A DNA stretch of 63,454 bases, counting the filler, from Diploschistes diacapsis (Eukaryota), in NCBI GenBank assembly GCA_023645945.1. It is 7 parts of 7 records of this genome, joined end to end, with 100 filler letters (N's around TTAATTAATTAA, not from the genome) between each part and the next. Parts side by side here need not be neighbours in the genome. Positions count along the whole stretch, not along the records: positions 9,095 to 18,088 come from JALAIB010001086.1; positions 18,189 to 27,176 come from JALAIB010001087.1; 5 more parts are not named here. One strand, written 5' to 3'. Shown piece after piece: positions 10,133 to 22,582 of this stretch. The position numbers and the translations under genes were made by a program. Position 1 is the stretch's first letter, and each line of letters begins with the position of its first letter. Under the pieces are notes generated by a model that worked only from the letters and a program-made list of their open reading frames with translations, was not told the DNA's origin and made no database searches.

Positions 10133-13100
10133 GTCTGTGTGCTGCTGCTCGGCTTCTGTTTGTCGATCTCGCTTAGCTCGCTGAACTTGCGCTCTCTCGG
10201 CCCTTCTATCAGTAGTTCATGTGTGGTGCCTCTCGCAGCAGAGATGGATCTTTCGATGCCACACAGGAGTCTAGACGTGCTCGACAGATCGCTTTGTATT
10301 CCTGAACCTCGATGTCATCCTCGAGATACTGATAGATGTTGACTTTTTGATGGTTAAGCGAATGTTGTCCGGACAACATGCAAGTTTTTGCATAAAAATA
10401 TTCTTAGAATGTGATCTTGCACTAATCTCTCACCTCAATGCTTCTTCAATTCAAAGTTGGATCTATTGTTACTTTCCGCGCCGATAATTCACGAATTGCT
10501 TGTTACTGCCCTTGTTCTGCTGGATGAAATCGTGTTCAAACAGAGGTGGACTGCCTATCGGACACATAAGGAAACTATCCTGCCATTAATCAAGCTAGGT
10601 ATCCTATAGTGACTGCGCTGGAACGCCCTGTAACCATGAATACTATGGATTACTACGCCTGGGACAAGATACAGCCTGTCTCTTCCCAGTCTTCAAAGAA
10701 TCTTGAATACGTTCCTGCCACGTTTTCAAGATGTAGCAGGTCAATGTATGTAGGTAGGAACCCAGACTCTGCTTAAAAGCGAGTACTGAACAGTCTCCTC
10801 ATCGCAGCTACCGTACTTCAAACCTTTGTTGCGCAGTGGAGATGTTCTCTTGAGCTACTATCAGTTATCAGACTTGGTTTCAGGTGAACTACTGCATCTT
10901 GCATTCGTGGGACCTTCATCGAAAAGACTTTCATACTCAATTTGCCATGAGTCGGACTTTTTACAACGATATATGCCAACAAATTCGCCGACTAATACTC
11001 CTTAGCCCGAGTAAACAAACGCCCAAAGTGTGCTTTGGCAGAATGGGCAAGGCTGTTTACCATTGACTTACATCATAACAGAAGCTTGAAGACACCAGGT
11101 ACTGAACGGCGGGCACAATATTCGAGGTGTGAAAAAGCCTACCTTCAATCCTGGATTCCCCAAAACCACTTTCACTACATCCTGCGAAATCCGTGTGCTA
11201 TTCTACACAGTCTCTGTTCGCGTTGTTCTTATTTCATGTTATCGAATACAAGTTTAAAAATTGATTTGTTGAAGACCTTGCGTGCGTAGAGGTCTTATTC
11301 AAGCAAGTCGAGAAACCTGGATCATCGGAGGACTCTGCGTCTATAGATCTGAGGAGAAGACGGCTGCGATGATGCATTTCAGCGACTAAAAGCAACAGAA
11401 TGAGGAGGGCGGGTGCAGGAGTAGATTGAGGGTCGTGGAGAACAGAATAGAGACCCCCAGTTGCAATCTCAAATCATGAAAATGCTAAAGGACTAACATC
11501 TCAGTAACGATCTGGGAACAATGTATGGACCTTATGAAGGTATGCAGTAAATCCAAGGCACCGAGACTCCTTGAAAGCAGTGCTTGAAGGCTAACAAGTT
11601 AAGTCTGAGCAAAGAGCGCCATGCATTAAAAGCTCCTTCGTCTACATATGTGGATTATTCCCATTTGTCATTAATATAAGATGGGCTGATCTACAACGGC
11701 CACACAACCGTGGTATGAGGCTATAGGATATTAATATGCGGCTTGAAGATTCCACTAACACCTCCCTCGTGGCGGCGACGGGCCCTATTCAGAGTTATGC
11801 CGGTTTCGATGCTGACAGAGCCAAGAGAAGAAAGAAGAATATACCCGTGTACACCACGGCCCTCGGACCCCAGGGCTGACCCTGCATGTCAGCAAGAAGA
11901 CCATGCTGGTGAGGGCTAGATAGCATGCCTAAAAGTCAGCAGGGACATCGTTGACGCCAGTTGGATGCCAAACCTCAGTATCGCCCACTTTAGGCCGCAT
12001 CAGAATTTAGTTTTCCTTAGCACATGCTGTACCCAAAACCCTATCACTTGGATTTTCTAGTAAGTAACATGTACTCCCACTCAAGACCTGAGCGGATAAA
12101 GAACCTCGTCCTCAAGCGGTCTTGAACACTCCCTTGCGCTTCTCAGTGATGCAGCAGCTGCCAGATCAGCAAACGACAGGATAGAAGCTAGCGAGTCTCA
12201 AAGGCAGAGTTGGGGTGATCCCTTCCTCGAATGAAAAGGCTGGATTCACCATTCAGTAACAGACAGCCTCGACAAATCGAACTTGAAGCTTATGTGGACT
12301 AAATTTGGGACATAATCTTTTCCTGAATTACCCCGACCGAAACTTCGCCGTCTTTCTCGGTATAAGTTTGATAAACTAGATATGACCAGCCCTTTTCGTT
12401 TTGGGCACCGCTTCGGAAGTCTGTAGTCATTTACTGGAGTTTGTCCTTCAAAACGTCGGGGCAGATGGAAAGTTGCATCGCGCGCAAGCACAAAGTATCC
12501 ATCCGACGTCGTCTGGCGTCGGCAAGCTGTGCTCAAGAGGATTGGCCTGGCCAGATAACAAAACCACAGTTACACTGCATCATGAAATCCAGAAGATATG
12601 AGGTAGCGACCATACCCAACTGCAGTTAGGATTCTTCATTTCAGCGATAGTGAAAACAAGCATGGTGCTCTTCAGACATAGCTAGTGTGCTATGCTGGGT
12701 ACAAGTCCTAGAGCATGGAATGTGCACGTGTGGACGATGGATCTGGTACCTTCATGAATGGAATTCCTTGGAGAATTAGTGCATGGCTCCTCAACGGAAA
12801 TTCCCTTACTAACAGCCATGTCAGTTTGATAGCTGGACATTGACATTGAGAAGTTAACTCCGAAGGCACTAGCTGAAGCTAAGCCACGTGACTACAGTCT
12901 ACATAATTGGTACGACAAGGCGCAGTTCTAGCAAGCTGATGCCCATACGAAAATCCACTCGATCTTGACTGGACGACTGTGCGAGCTCTAGTCGAGATCC
13001 CACTGCACGAAGGGTTCGCCTGAATCGGAGAGGCTGAGCTTAAAGCGCCATTGGCTAGATACCGACGTCGCATCAATGTGTGCGCGTTGCACTTTTGCAA

Positions 13101-13554
13101 ATTTCTATTGGCATCTCTACGATAGCTGAGGCTCTGGAGCGTGGCAGAAGCGGTTGGAGCGAGGCTTCGTCGTCGGACCTTGGGATTCTTGTCAGACGCT
13201 TTGTCCGAAGGCCGCTATTCATGCTCCAAGAGATGCGTCGTCAACCCATAGCTTGAAGATGACTTGGGTAGACTGTCAAGGCGAGGGGTATGGACATCCT
13301 ATGATCCTGCTAAGCTTATCTGCTACTCTGTTCTGTGCATGTCTATTTAACAACCTCGAGTTCCTTGATATATCGGGTTTTCGACAGACTTTCGCTTCTA
13401 TCCCCCTTCTCTCCTTTTCCATTCTTTTTCTACTGTTGACATTATTCATTTCTATTTTGTCTGTCTCTCGGCGTCTGCTGCTCAGGACTGATATGGTAAT
13501 TACTTTGCCTCATCTGTCTGTTTTACCAAGGTCCCTCTGTAAAAATACTTCACC

Positions 13555-14737
13555 ATGCTCGCCAATGATTCCGGCTCTGACCTCATTGGCCCTGTTAACG
13601 GTCAATATTACAACCTCACCGACATCTACTACAACGGCACAGTAATTCCTTCGAGAGACGTGAGTAGATTCATAGCTGCGTCTTGAAAGTATTATATTAA
13701 CCCAGGTCTATAGTGCACAATCCAGACTTGCTCCCTCCTGATCGCGAACTTCCAGTACCTCCCCAACGCCGCTGGCAACTACCTCTTCATCATCCTGTTC
13801 GTTCTCCTTCTGCTCATCAACATCCCCCTCGGGTTTCTCCGCAAAACATGGGGAGTTCTAGTTGGAATGTTTTTTGGTTGCGCTCTTGAAACCATCGGCT
13901 ACGTAGGGCGCATAATGGCTCGTTCGAACCCGTTCGCCTTCAACCCGTTCCTCATCTACCTGATCTGCCTCACCATCGGCCCCGCCTTCATGACCGCTGC
14001 CATCTACCTCTGCTTAGCCCGCATCGTCGTCGTGTACGGCGAGGGCAGCTCCCGCTTCAAGCCTATGACGTACTCCTTAACTTTTATGTTCAGCGATTTC
14101 GTCGCTCTTGTCCTGCAGGGCGCTGGAGGTGGCATCGCAGCCACGGCCTCGGGCGACAACCAGGACCAGGCACAGATGGGGATCGACATCATGATCGCAG
14201 GTCTTGTGTGGCAGGTCGTCAGTCTGCTGCTGTTCTCCTGCGCGTGCGCCGACTTCGCATGGAGGGTCCGGCACGGCAAAGGCCGCCCGAACCCGTCCTT
14301 CCTCGACCTCCGCAGCTCCGCCAGGTGGACGGGCTTCCTATACGGTAAAGTCCACCCCAACTCCATTCCTCGGCGCTCTTGAATCCGCATAGCTAATCCC
14401 GCGTCTCGCTGCAGCTCTCGCCATCGCCGGCCTCGCCATCTTCGTCCGTTCCGTCTACCGTGTCGCCGAGCTCTCCCAGGGCTTCGGCGGCCCCATCGCC
14501 GAGGACGAAATCCCGTTCATGATCTTCGAGCCCACGGTCATCTTCATCGCCGCCCTCGCCCTGACTGTCTGCCACCCGGCCCTTGTCTTCGGCAACAGGT
14601 GGCGCGAGGCCGACGTCCGCCGCGGCAACGCAACCAGCAGGCGCGACGAGCTCGAGATGGACAAGGGGTACCAGGGCGTCCGCGATACCCCTCCCACGGG
14701 GAATAGCAGCGAGCAGGGATTCGCCATTCGGCATTAG
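13555..14737 (+). CDS. RTA1/Rsb1-like lipid-translocating exporter family membrane protein, 3 exons
   Basis: ATG at 13555; introns at ~13660-13713 and ~14345-14414. Motifs CTIQTCS...YLPNAAGN, GCALETIGYVGR, LICLTIGPAFMTAAIYLCLARIV, DFVALVLQGAGGGIAA, IMIAGLVWQV, VRSVYRVAELSQGF, CHPALVF. TAG at 14735-14737. Confidence 0.9.
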
Positions 14738-15714
14738 ACGGCCTTTGAAGGATGGGGGAAAAAAAAGAATGGGTGCGGCTACCTCTGAAAGGCGCATGGA
14801 TCTGGGGTTCGATTGTGCATCGAAGCGCTGTTGTTTGTTTTCAAACCTCTCGTTGCTTCTGGTTGTGGCGTTGTTTGTCTCTGCACTTGCATATGTAGCC
14901 ATGCGAAAGTGCTGGGCATAACGGCACATTGTTGATGAATATAGAGAGGTCTATGAAAAATAACGATGCGCTTGATGACACCAAGTCCACGTGGCTACTA
15001 TGGTTGCTTTGTGTCTCGAGCCTTATTTTTACATCGTGAGGAGTATTTTTCACGGCAACAATGGATAATCATTAGCGTCGCCTCAAACCAAGTATTCCAT
15101 GAACCCGTGCACGCGCATTCGAAGCCCTGAAGATGGACCGCGAGCTGTGGCTGACATCACCCCTTTTAATCCCATTGCTTTCGTGCAGAGAAGGAAACTG
15201 TTGTGCAATGCACCTCGTGTTTACCTCTAGAAGCGCATCCCTTTACATGTGGCATCTTCGTAGCTTATAGCGATAAACATCGGCCAACAGTCAAACCAAG
15301 AGCGCCCAGGCTGAGGTTCTACCGTCGTCTATACCCTACTTTTCTCCTCCGCTTTGCCTTCCATGCCATGTCCAATTACCTTGAAATATTTTCCCTCGAT
15401 TGGTCTAGGGACACCCTCGATAAGTAGCACAAAGCGGCTGATTGTTCGCTTACGTAGCATCGATTAATAGGCCATCTACCTGGCCTTCCATCCCATGCCG
15501 TTAGCCTCGAGGTCAGCCAGGAAACCTCGAGTCAGAGTGACGCGCAAGCCACGTGAAGGACATGAACGGTATCCTGAAGAAGGTTGTGCACTATGGATGG
15601 ACGCCGGAGCCTCAGGCCACGTGGATCCTGCGCAGGCATGCCTTCCATCTAGAATTTTTGGAGTAGCTAGATTGTAGCGGGCCCAATTCTCTTGCTGCAA
15701 TTCATCACCCTACA

Positions 15715-18034
15715 TCACTCTACCTCGACAGCCACTGCCTCTTGCCAAGCCTCTTTCGAAGCTAGTTCTCCGTCCATTATCCCATGTACATAGCTTGTAC
15801 CGACTAACTTCCACCTGGTAGCCACTGCTGGCCCTGAAACCTTGGGGTCCAGGGACCTTCTGAGTATGAGAGGTACTCCCAGACCAGTCATGATGAAGAT
15901 GCTATCTCCGGGAATGGAATCTTTCGGACACAGTCCAACATACCCCTTTTCCGTAATGAGAAGCCATTTGCCCATCGTAGCGCATCGCACGGTCTGGTAG
16001 GCAGTGGCGAGACTCGTACCTTGCGGAAATGCGGTAGGTATCTCGTTAGGCATCCCCGTGGAGTCATGTTCCTCAGATGAAGATGAGACGGAGATCTCTT
16101 GAAGCCCCTCTATGCCGGATGAAGCTTGAGTGCTCCCAGATGCGAAGTCCCTGTATGGATGGCATTCTTGGAGATAATAGTCATCCTCTTCCATAAAGCT
16201 GGTCAGGTTGTAGGCCCATTGTACAAAGGCGTACAGATTTTCTGGTCTGCATCGCCTTACCGACAGGCGCACGTCACGTCTCTTCAGTTCGAATGCTTCA
16301 TCTTGTTTAGCGCTTGCTCCGCAATCCTCCAACTCCGAAGGTACAAACAACTGCAACCCGCCGAAGGGGGTTTGCCATAGAGCGTTCAAAGTGATAGCTG
16401 GGCTGATCGCACGCGGAGATTGATGATTGTGGCATTTACACAGCCTCATCCAAGCCTTGTGGGTATGGATCTCCTTCATGTCACTCGTCGACTCCATCAC
16501 GTCTCCCACAGTCTTGATGGTGTCGATTGCCATGCTCTTTACAGAAAGGACACGACCAGCTATACTTTTCTGAGGAGTCTCCCGCCCGGAAGTTAGAACT
16601 AAGATTTCAGCCGTTCTTCTATGTTCGTGATAAACTTCATACTCGTGGGATGCGCTCCAGTCCGGAGTCCAGGAAGGAAGTGTCTTGAAGTTTGTTCTAT
16701 CCGCATCTTCTTTTTCAAGAAGGGTTCGCAGTCCTCCTAGGCGTATCCCTATAAGCCCGTTGGCAATCTCTTGATAGGCATACTCAGCTGGAAATGAGTA
16801 GTCCGGGTAGAAAAGTGTTCCCCGCGAACATGCGTTGACCATGCCCATCACAGCAAAAACTTTGTCCAACGGATCTGCTGATTCTCGCGATCGGCAAACT
16901 ATAAGAAAAGTGATCAAGCTTCTCACTGGATCTCTTTCCGTCTTATATAGCATTCCCCGAAGGGGCACTTTCATGTGGGCTCCCGAGTGAAATTCATGTA
17001 GGATAGGATCCCTGTCAGGTACCTTTTGTCAGTAATTGCCTATAAAATCTCACACCTTGCATCTTGTTTCGACAACCCTGGATCACGTTCACACCACTGC
17101 TGAATCTAGTAAAGAACGGAAGATGATCGGCCCAGAAAAGATTGTCCAACTCTGAACCGCAGCAAGTCGTCCGGTGCTTCTCAATCGAGGCTGCTGCAGC
17201 ACTCACCAAGTCCCAACTTACCGTGACATAGCCAACATATATAGTAACCGTATGTGGGAGAGCGACTTCTCGCACCACCCACGCACGGCTCCACCATGGC
17301 CGGCTAACGAATCGTTTGAATGCTCGCAGCAGATGTGGACCCTTTGCATCAAAGGGATTATGGATCGAAACATCATTTCCCTGTCGGAAAGGCAATTGTC
17401 TGAAATGCACGTCCGATGCAAGCCATTCAAGTACTCTAACAGCAGCTCGGCTGTTATCAGTTGAATCAAGTGTCTTCTGGTCTTCGCCTAACCATACATG
17501 CACTTCCTGCGCCTCGCCATAGATTCTATCCATGATTGATATTTGCTGCGACTTTTCGTCGATGTCTTGTTGATTTATGCATATTGCATCCGCCCAAATT
17601 ATCCGGGGTCTGGTAGGTTTTCGTAAGCGTCTAAGTCCAGATTCGAGGCTGACTGTAACATGGATTTTATGCTTTCCATTGATCCATACGCCACGAGTGA
17701 CATTGGGATCACCCCAAGCATATGACAGGGCTTCATATCATTGATTCTGGTCAAGAGATACTTTATATAATTTGCATTGTATTGGGTCAGACCAGCCGGC
17801 TGGTAACAATGAAAGGAGTCGAATCTCATGACAATGAGCGTCCAGTTTCCCGTATAGCTTACCATCGTGTTCTGGACTGATTTGTAAACTAGCATAGTCC
17901 CCAATGTCAGGGGGATTAGCGTCCACCTCTGCCTCCAGAATTTGCTTGCACAAGTATCCGACATCGCGAAGCTGGGTATTAGGTTTGAGTATAGGCCTCT
18001 CGTCATCTTCACCAACCGCCATTATAGTCGGCAA
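15715..18034 (-). pseudogene. HET-domain (HET-6-like) heterokaryon incompatibility gene with an in-frame TGA at 17738-17740 and a frame break near 17020-17050
   Basis: EIRLLSLLP...IQCKL..VSLD..*YEALSYAWGDP...IWADAICINQQDIDEKSQQISIMDRIYGEAQEVHVWLGE...RPWWSRAWVVREVAL, then CRSRESADPLDKVFAVMGM, YPDYS, LPSWTPDWS and the HET-6 C-terminal GYVGLCP...GDSIFI..GLGVPLILRR...WKLVGTSYVHGIMDGE. The start codon is uncertain. Confidence 0.8.
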
Positions 18035-18088
18035 CGAAGGATGGAATGTATCATCTCCAGGGACGCGGGGGGGGGGGGGGGGGGGGCA

Positions 18089-18188
18089 NNNNNNNNNNNN
18101 NNNNNNNNNNNNNNNNNNNNNNNNNNNNNNNNTTAATTAATTAANNNNNNNNNNNNNNNNNNNNNNNNNNNNNNNNNNNNNNNNNNNN
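18089..18188. other. Artificial contig linker
   Basis: N44-TTAATTAATTAA-N44. Confidence 0.98.
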
Positions 18189-18988
18189 AATGAGAAGTGA
18201 GGAGGAAAAAGGAACGAGTGAACGGAGATGGGGGATGTTGGGGGTTAGACGTGAATAGACAGGGGAGGATGGTCGACAGAACATTGTATTACCCCGCAAG
18301 CGAAGAGAAAGGCGCGCGGGAAAAAGGCGGAGTGCATATGATGCTACCAGGGAGCGCGGGCGAAGGATGAAGAGCGGACTGTTAGCGGAGAGGGCAAGTG
18401 CGATGCCGATGCTGACGTCGCTAGAGGCAAAGGCAGAGAGAGGTAGATGCAGTGGAAGAAGAACCGAGTTCAAGGATACATTGTCGACGCTAGGACGAAG
18501 AATGCAGCACATGGCAAAACTTCAGCTATTTTAATCTTATCGATACAAATCAAGTCTCATCCGTCTGCTTGGTCGGTCATCCAGGCGTGTCTTTCACAGC
18601 GCAAAGTAAACTCGGAGTACCTTATCATCAAGAGCGCTGCAAGGGCGGATGCCTCAAACCAAGAACCTCGCTTCAGTGGGTATCATGATCCTAAAGCATG
18701 CATAAAGCTCTTGTCTCGAAAAACAGCCACCATTCCTTGATATCCCTCAGTTTATGCATTCTAGTCCCTTAACTCCCTCCCCCCCCCCACCTGAAAAGGT
18801 TGCCCTTCATGACCTCGCCTTAGTGGGTATCGTAATCCAACATAAAAAATAGCCAACGCCCTTCAAATATCCCCAGTCTGTGCAATCTAGTCCGTCCCAC
18901 CCGCGCCCTAGAGGTTCGCCCCCTTCCCTCTCCATCTACGGTTGTCATCACCCCATTTTTCCGGCTTCGGTCTTCATCGCCCTCACGC

Positions 18989-21688
18989 TCACTCCGCATC
19001 CTCATCCTTAACATTCGGCGCAACAAACGATCCCCAGATGATCATCCTCTGCGTGTCCGACAAGCCGCGCTCAGCATCCCACGCCCGCACGAGGCTACCG
19101 ATTTCTTCATCATCGGCGTTTTCCACCGTCGCGACGAGCTCGTCGTCGTCAGCGTACTGCACGGCCGCGACAAGGTCGTCGTGCCACTGTTTCTGACCCT
19201 CCTGGAGCTCCGTTCCCGTGGAGCGCGACGTGGTCCTGAAGGACGGACGCTTCGAGGATGGGCGGCACGGCTCGCTAGACGGGCTTTCGCTACCTGACGA
19301 TGTTGAGAACTGGGGCGTCATGTTTTTGAAGGATGGGGTGTTGATGCGCGGATGGCACAACTCGCTGCATGTATCCGAACTGCTCGACGAGGAAGAGGGA
19401 TGGGGCGACGGGGGTAAACGGCGCCCTCCGAGCGGTGCATTCTTTGTCTTCGGAGACTCGTATTCGAAGCCGTCGGGGATGAAAGCGGTACCGGCCCAGG
19501 CAGGACCAGAAGAATCGAAGGAGGTGGACGACGCGTTTGAAGCTTCGCAGTCCGAACTAGACTCGAAGCCTTCCGGAGCCTGCCAGAGCGGTGTGCCCTG
19601 CTTCGATCGACTTGAGCCTAGCAGAGGCGTTGCTTCTGTCTGTAGCTGGCCCCCTGAGAAGAAAGGCGGCAGGCATTCGGCAGGCTTCTGGGCCTCGTGC
19701 TCTGATCTTTCGACCTTGGTCTCTGTGCCACCGACCTCGAGAGAATCTTCGTCATTGAAGCATGCATTAGTGGGTCCGACACAGAGTTGCTTGGCCTTGC
19801 TGTGCCATAGATGCTCTGAGGTCTGGCTGTCGCTAGATGAAGAAGTCGGTTCACTGCAGACTTTCCTTCTCTTTCTGCTTTCATCTTCGCCGTCGATTTT
19901 GACTTCTGCTCTTCTCTTAGCTACCGTGGCCCTCTTTGGATCTTCAACTGCGCGACACTCCTGGCCATTTTGCCTCGTCAGCCCTGAGTTGTCTCCATTC
20001 GGACCTTCTTTCGCTTTGATCTTTTGGTTCGACGAGCCTTCGTGAGTGCTTGCCACGTGTGAGCCAAGTGTACTAGCTGGGAGCCTATTGGCTGCGCTGT
20101 GACTGGGAGGCGAACCCGACGGCGACCGAGAAGATTGCAACTCGTAGGCTCCGCGGGCGTTGCAAGACTTCTGCTTCTGTCGTTTGCGATGTGTTCCCAA
20201 GGTATTGCTCGTCGCCTTGTTGCGTTTCGAGACCAAAAAATCGTCTGCGGAAGAAGCCCCTGACCCGCTGTCAATCTTTTCCCTCATCCTCGATCTAATT
20301 CTCTTCTTGGCCCTAACATTGTCACTAAGCTCTTGTGGAAGACCTCCACTTCTCGACCTCAGTGAGCCAGCATGGACCCAGCCGCTTGAGTTGTTAGATT
20401 GCACTACTTGGCTATTGTTTGTCATTTGGTTGATCTCTCGACTAGCGAGACAAGACAGCGCGCTCAGTTGCTGCTCTTGTGGCGTAAGAGCACTCTTTAC
20501 TTTTCCTGAAACAGGAGAAACTTGTGAACTTAAGCTACCGGACGCTGCTGCTTGGCTCTTGTTCCTTGGGCTGATATCTTGACTCGTAATGCAGGACACC
20601 GCAGTCAACTGCTTCTCTTTTGCTGGACCAGGGGGCATATCTATCGAGCTTTGCGGATGGGTATGAACCCTCCGGAAGTTTTTCTGCCGCTCTGCAATGG
20701 CTTGGCCACCCCTAGCAACAGGACATGGTGTTTCCGCTCGAGTTCTGGATTGCAAGACTTGGTTGTTCGAGGCGAGCTCAGGCGGAGAGGGGGCCCTCTT
20801 TAATAAGGATGCAACCAATGATTGCTTCTTCTTGCACAGCTCGGACATCTCGGCTATAATGTTGTAGGCTGTATCGTCATTGGTGATATCGGTGCCGCCC
20901 AGAGAGGCCTGAAGATCCGACAAACGTTTGTTGACTCTTATGATATGTTCCTCCAAGCCTATTCGCAAGGTCTCTTCCAAATCGATGTCGTCATTCATGA
21001 GTTGTTGATTTCGCCTGCGTGATTCTGCAGGCTCCGGTTGTGAGGTGGTGAGGCGTGAGAGCACAGGCCGCTGGGGAGCTCTCCCATTCTGCGTCTGTGT
21101 GTCCTTGAAGCTGGAAGAAGGTGGTTTTGCAGCTTGGACAACGTTCTTCAGGTTGTCAATAGCAGCAGATTTCTTCCCTTCGATGTTCATGTCCCGAAAC
21201 GCATTCGTCTTGAAAAGGGCTGAGTTCTCTTGGCCAGCAGGCTCGAACTGTGAGCACCGGTCTGCCATACTTAGACCTCTGGCGAGGCTGTTTTGTGAGG
21301 TTTGGAAGTTTTGGCGTCTTGACTCTCGTTCGCTTGGAATTGAGTCGACTGGAGAGAAAGCGTCAAGGTCTACTTCCAAATTACTTGCGGCCTGCTTGTT
21401 AGAATGTTTCTGCTTTGCCCAAGGGTTACGCCAATTCTTGTCGAACGGGCCTTTCAGATTCGCCGTCATAATGGGTACAGTACCGTATTGCAAGTACTCC
21501 TTTGCAAGGGTCTCTCTTCGCTGTTTCTTGAGCTGTCTCGCGCTATCGGAGTCGTCGTCGCTAGATGCAGATAGAAGTATTTGAGAGGGACTGGGAGGCG
21601 AAAGGGGACAAAATTCAGGAGTGACTAATTTCTTCGATTGGTACAAGATGGTGCGTAGTTTAGGTTTGGAAGTAGCAGGGGCTTCCAT
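18989..21688 (-). CDS. Conserved fungal hypothetical protein, Ser/Arg/Lys-rich and largely disordered (899 aa)
   Basis: Long uninterrupted ORF. The N-terminal motif KKQRRETLAKEYLQYGTVPIMTANLKGPFDKNWRNPW resembles Pezizomycotina hypothetical proteins often auto-annotated 'protamine P1'. Confidence 0.75.
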   Translation of the reverse strand: MEAPATSKPKLRTILYQSKKLVTPEFCPLSPPSPSQILLSASSDDDSDSARQLKKQRRETLAKEYLQYGTVPIMTANLKGPFDKNWRNPWAKQKHSNKQAASNLEVDLDAFSPVDSIPSERESRRQNFQTSQNSLARGLSMADRCSQFEPAGQENSALFKTNAFRDMNIEGKKSAAIDNLKNVVQAAKPPSSSFKDTQTQNGRAPQRPVLSRLTTSQPEPAESRRRNQQLMNDDIDLEETLRIGLEEHIIRVNKRLSDLQASLGGTDITNDDTAYNIIAEMSELCKKKQSLVASLLKRAPSPPELASNNQVLQSRTRAETPCPVARGGQAIAERQKNFRRVHTHPQSSIDMPPGPAKEKQLTAVSCITSQDISPRNKSQAAASGSLSSQVSPVSGKVKSALTPQEQQLSALSCLASREINQMTNNSQVVQSNNSSGWVHAGSLRSRSGGLPQELSDNVRAKKRIRSRMREKIDSGSGASSADDFLVSKRNKATSNTLGTHRKRQKQKSCNARGAYELQSSRSPSGSPPSHSAANRLPASTLGSHVASTHEGSSNQKIKAKEGPNGDNSGLTRQNGQECRAVEDPKRATVAKRRAEVKIDGEDESRKRRKVCSEPTSSSSDSQTSEHLWHSKAKQLCVGPTNACFNDEDSLEVGGTETKVERSEHEAQKPAECLPPFFSGGQLQTEATPLLGSSRSKQGTPLWQAPEGFESSSDCEASNASSTSFDSSGPAWAGTAFIPDGFEYESPKTKNAPLGGRRLPPSPHPSSSSSSSDTCSELCHPRINTPSFKNMTPQFSTSSGSESPSSEPCRPSSKRPSFRTTSRSTGTELQEGQKQWHDDLVAAVQYADDDELVATVENADDEEIGSLVRAWDAERGLSDTQRMIIWGSFVAPNVKDEDAE

Positions 21689-22582
21689 TGCACGGAGTAT
21701 TCAAAGTTGCAATTATTATTGTGACGGGAAAGTATGTTCAAGAAACATGCTGAGGGCAGTAATAGTAAACAATATCAGGATATAATAACGGTTACAAGCG
21801 CCAGTTAGCAAAGACAATTAATTGTAAACCTAAAGAAGGTCGCAAGCATAATGGCATAATATTTTTCAAATAATGGCGGTGTTAGAAGTTCAGAATACTT
21901 TCTAACATTGATTATACCTCACTAAGACCGGCATTATTCTGTCAAACGAGGGTTACTATTGAAAGCGTGCAACGAAGCGATTAGAGAAGTATTGCATCCA
22001 GACCGGCAGCAGCTTGCACTTCAGATTCCTGTGCCATGCAGGATAAACCCTATTGTTGGGAAAATAAAAAACCCGAGAAGTGAATAGAGCGAGACGTGAT
22101 GGATGAAGTATTGAGTTTGTCTAGCCTATATTTACGGAATGAGTTTTTCAGTCGTCAGATATTCGCCACTCAGCTACGCCTGGTCCCGTGACGTGACTTT
22201 CTCGCGTTTATTTGCGCTAAGCCTTCAATACGAACTCGGTTGCTCGTCCCGCTGAAAGGAAATCATAACCTCAGAGCCTATTTAGCCTAGTTGTTGTTGT
22301 TGTTGTGATCATTTGCACTATCAGAAACCCAACCAAGCCTCTAAACGATCATCAGCATGACATTATAACGAGTTCGCAATGTGCCGTTATAAATAATATG
22401 CTACCTAAACAACGCTACATCTGCTAAGATAATTTGGGAAAACTCGCAGGATTGCCCTTGGGTATCGTCGACGAAAGAAAGCATTGTCGCAGTCTTTGAC
22501 CAACCGGATGCTCAAGTTCCATTCCGATGTCCCCTTTTGTACCGTTTACCAAGCGCCCAATCTATCCGTCAATATACCCCCT

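Noticed and set aside
18067..18086. Poly-G run as a G-quadruplex element
   Set aside because: It sits at the very end of a contig, where homopolymer length is unreliable and may be a sequencing artefact.
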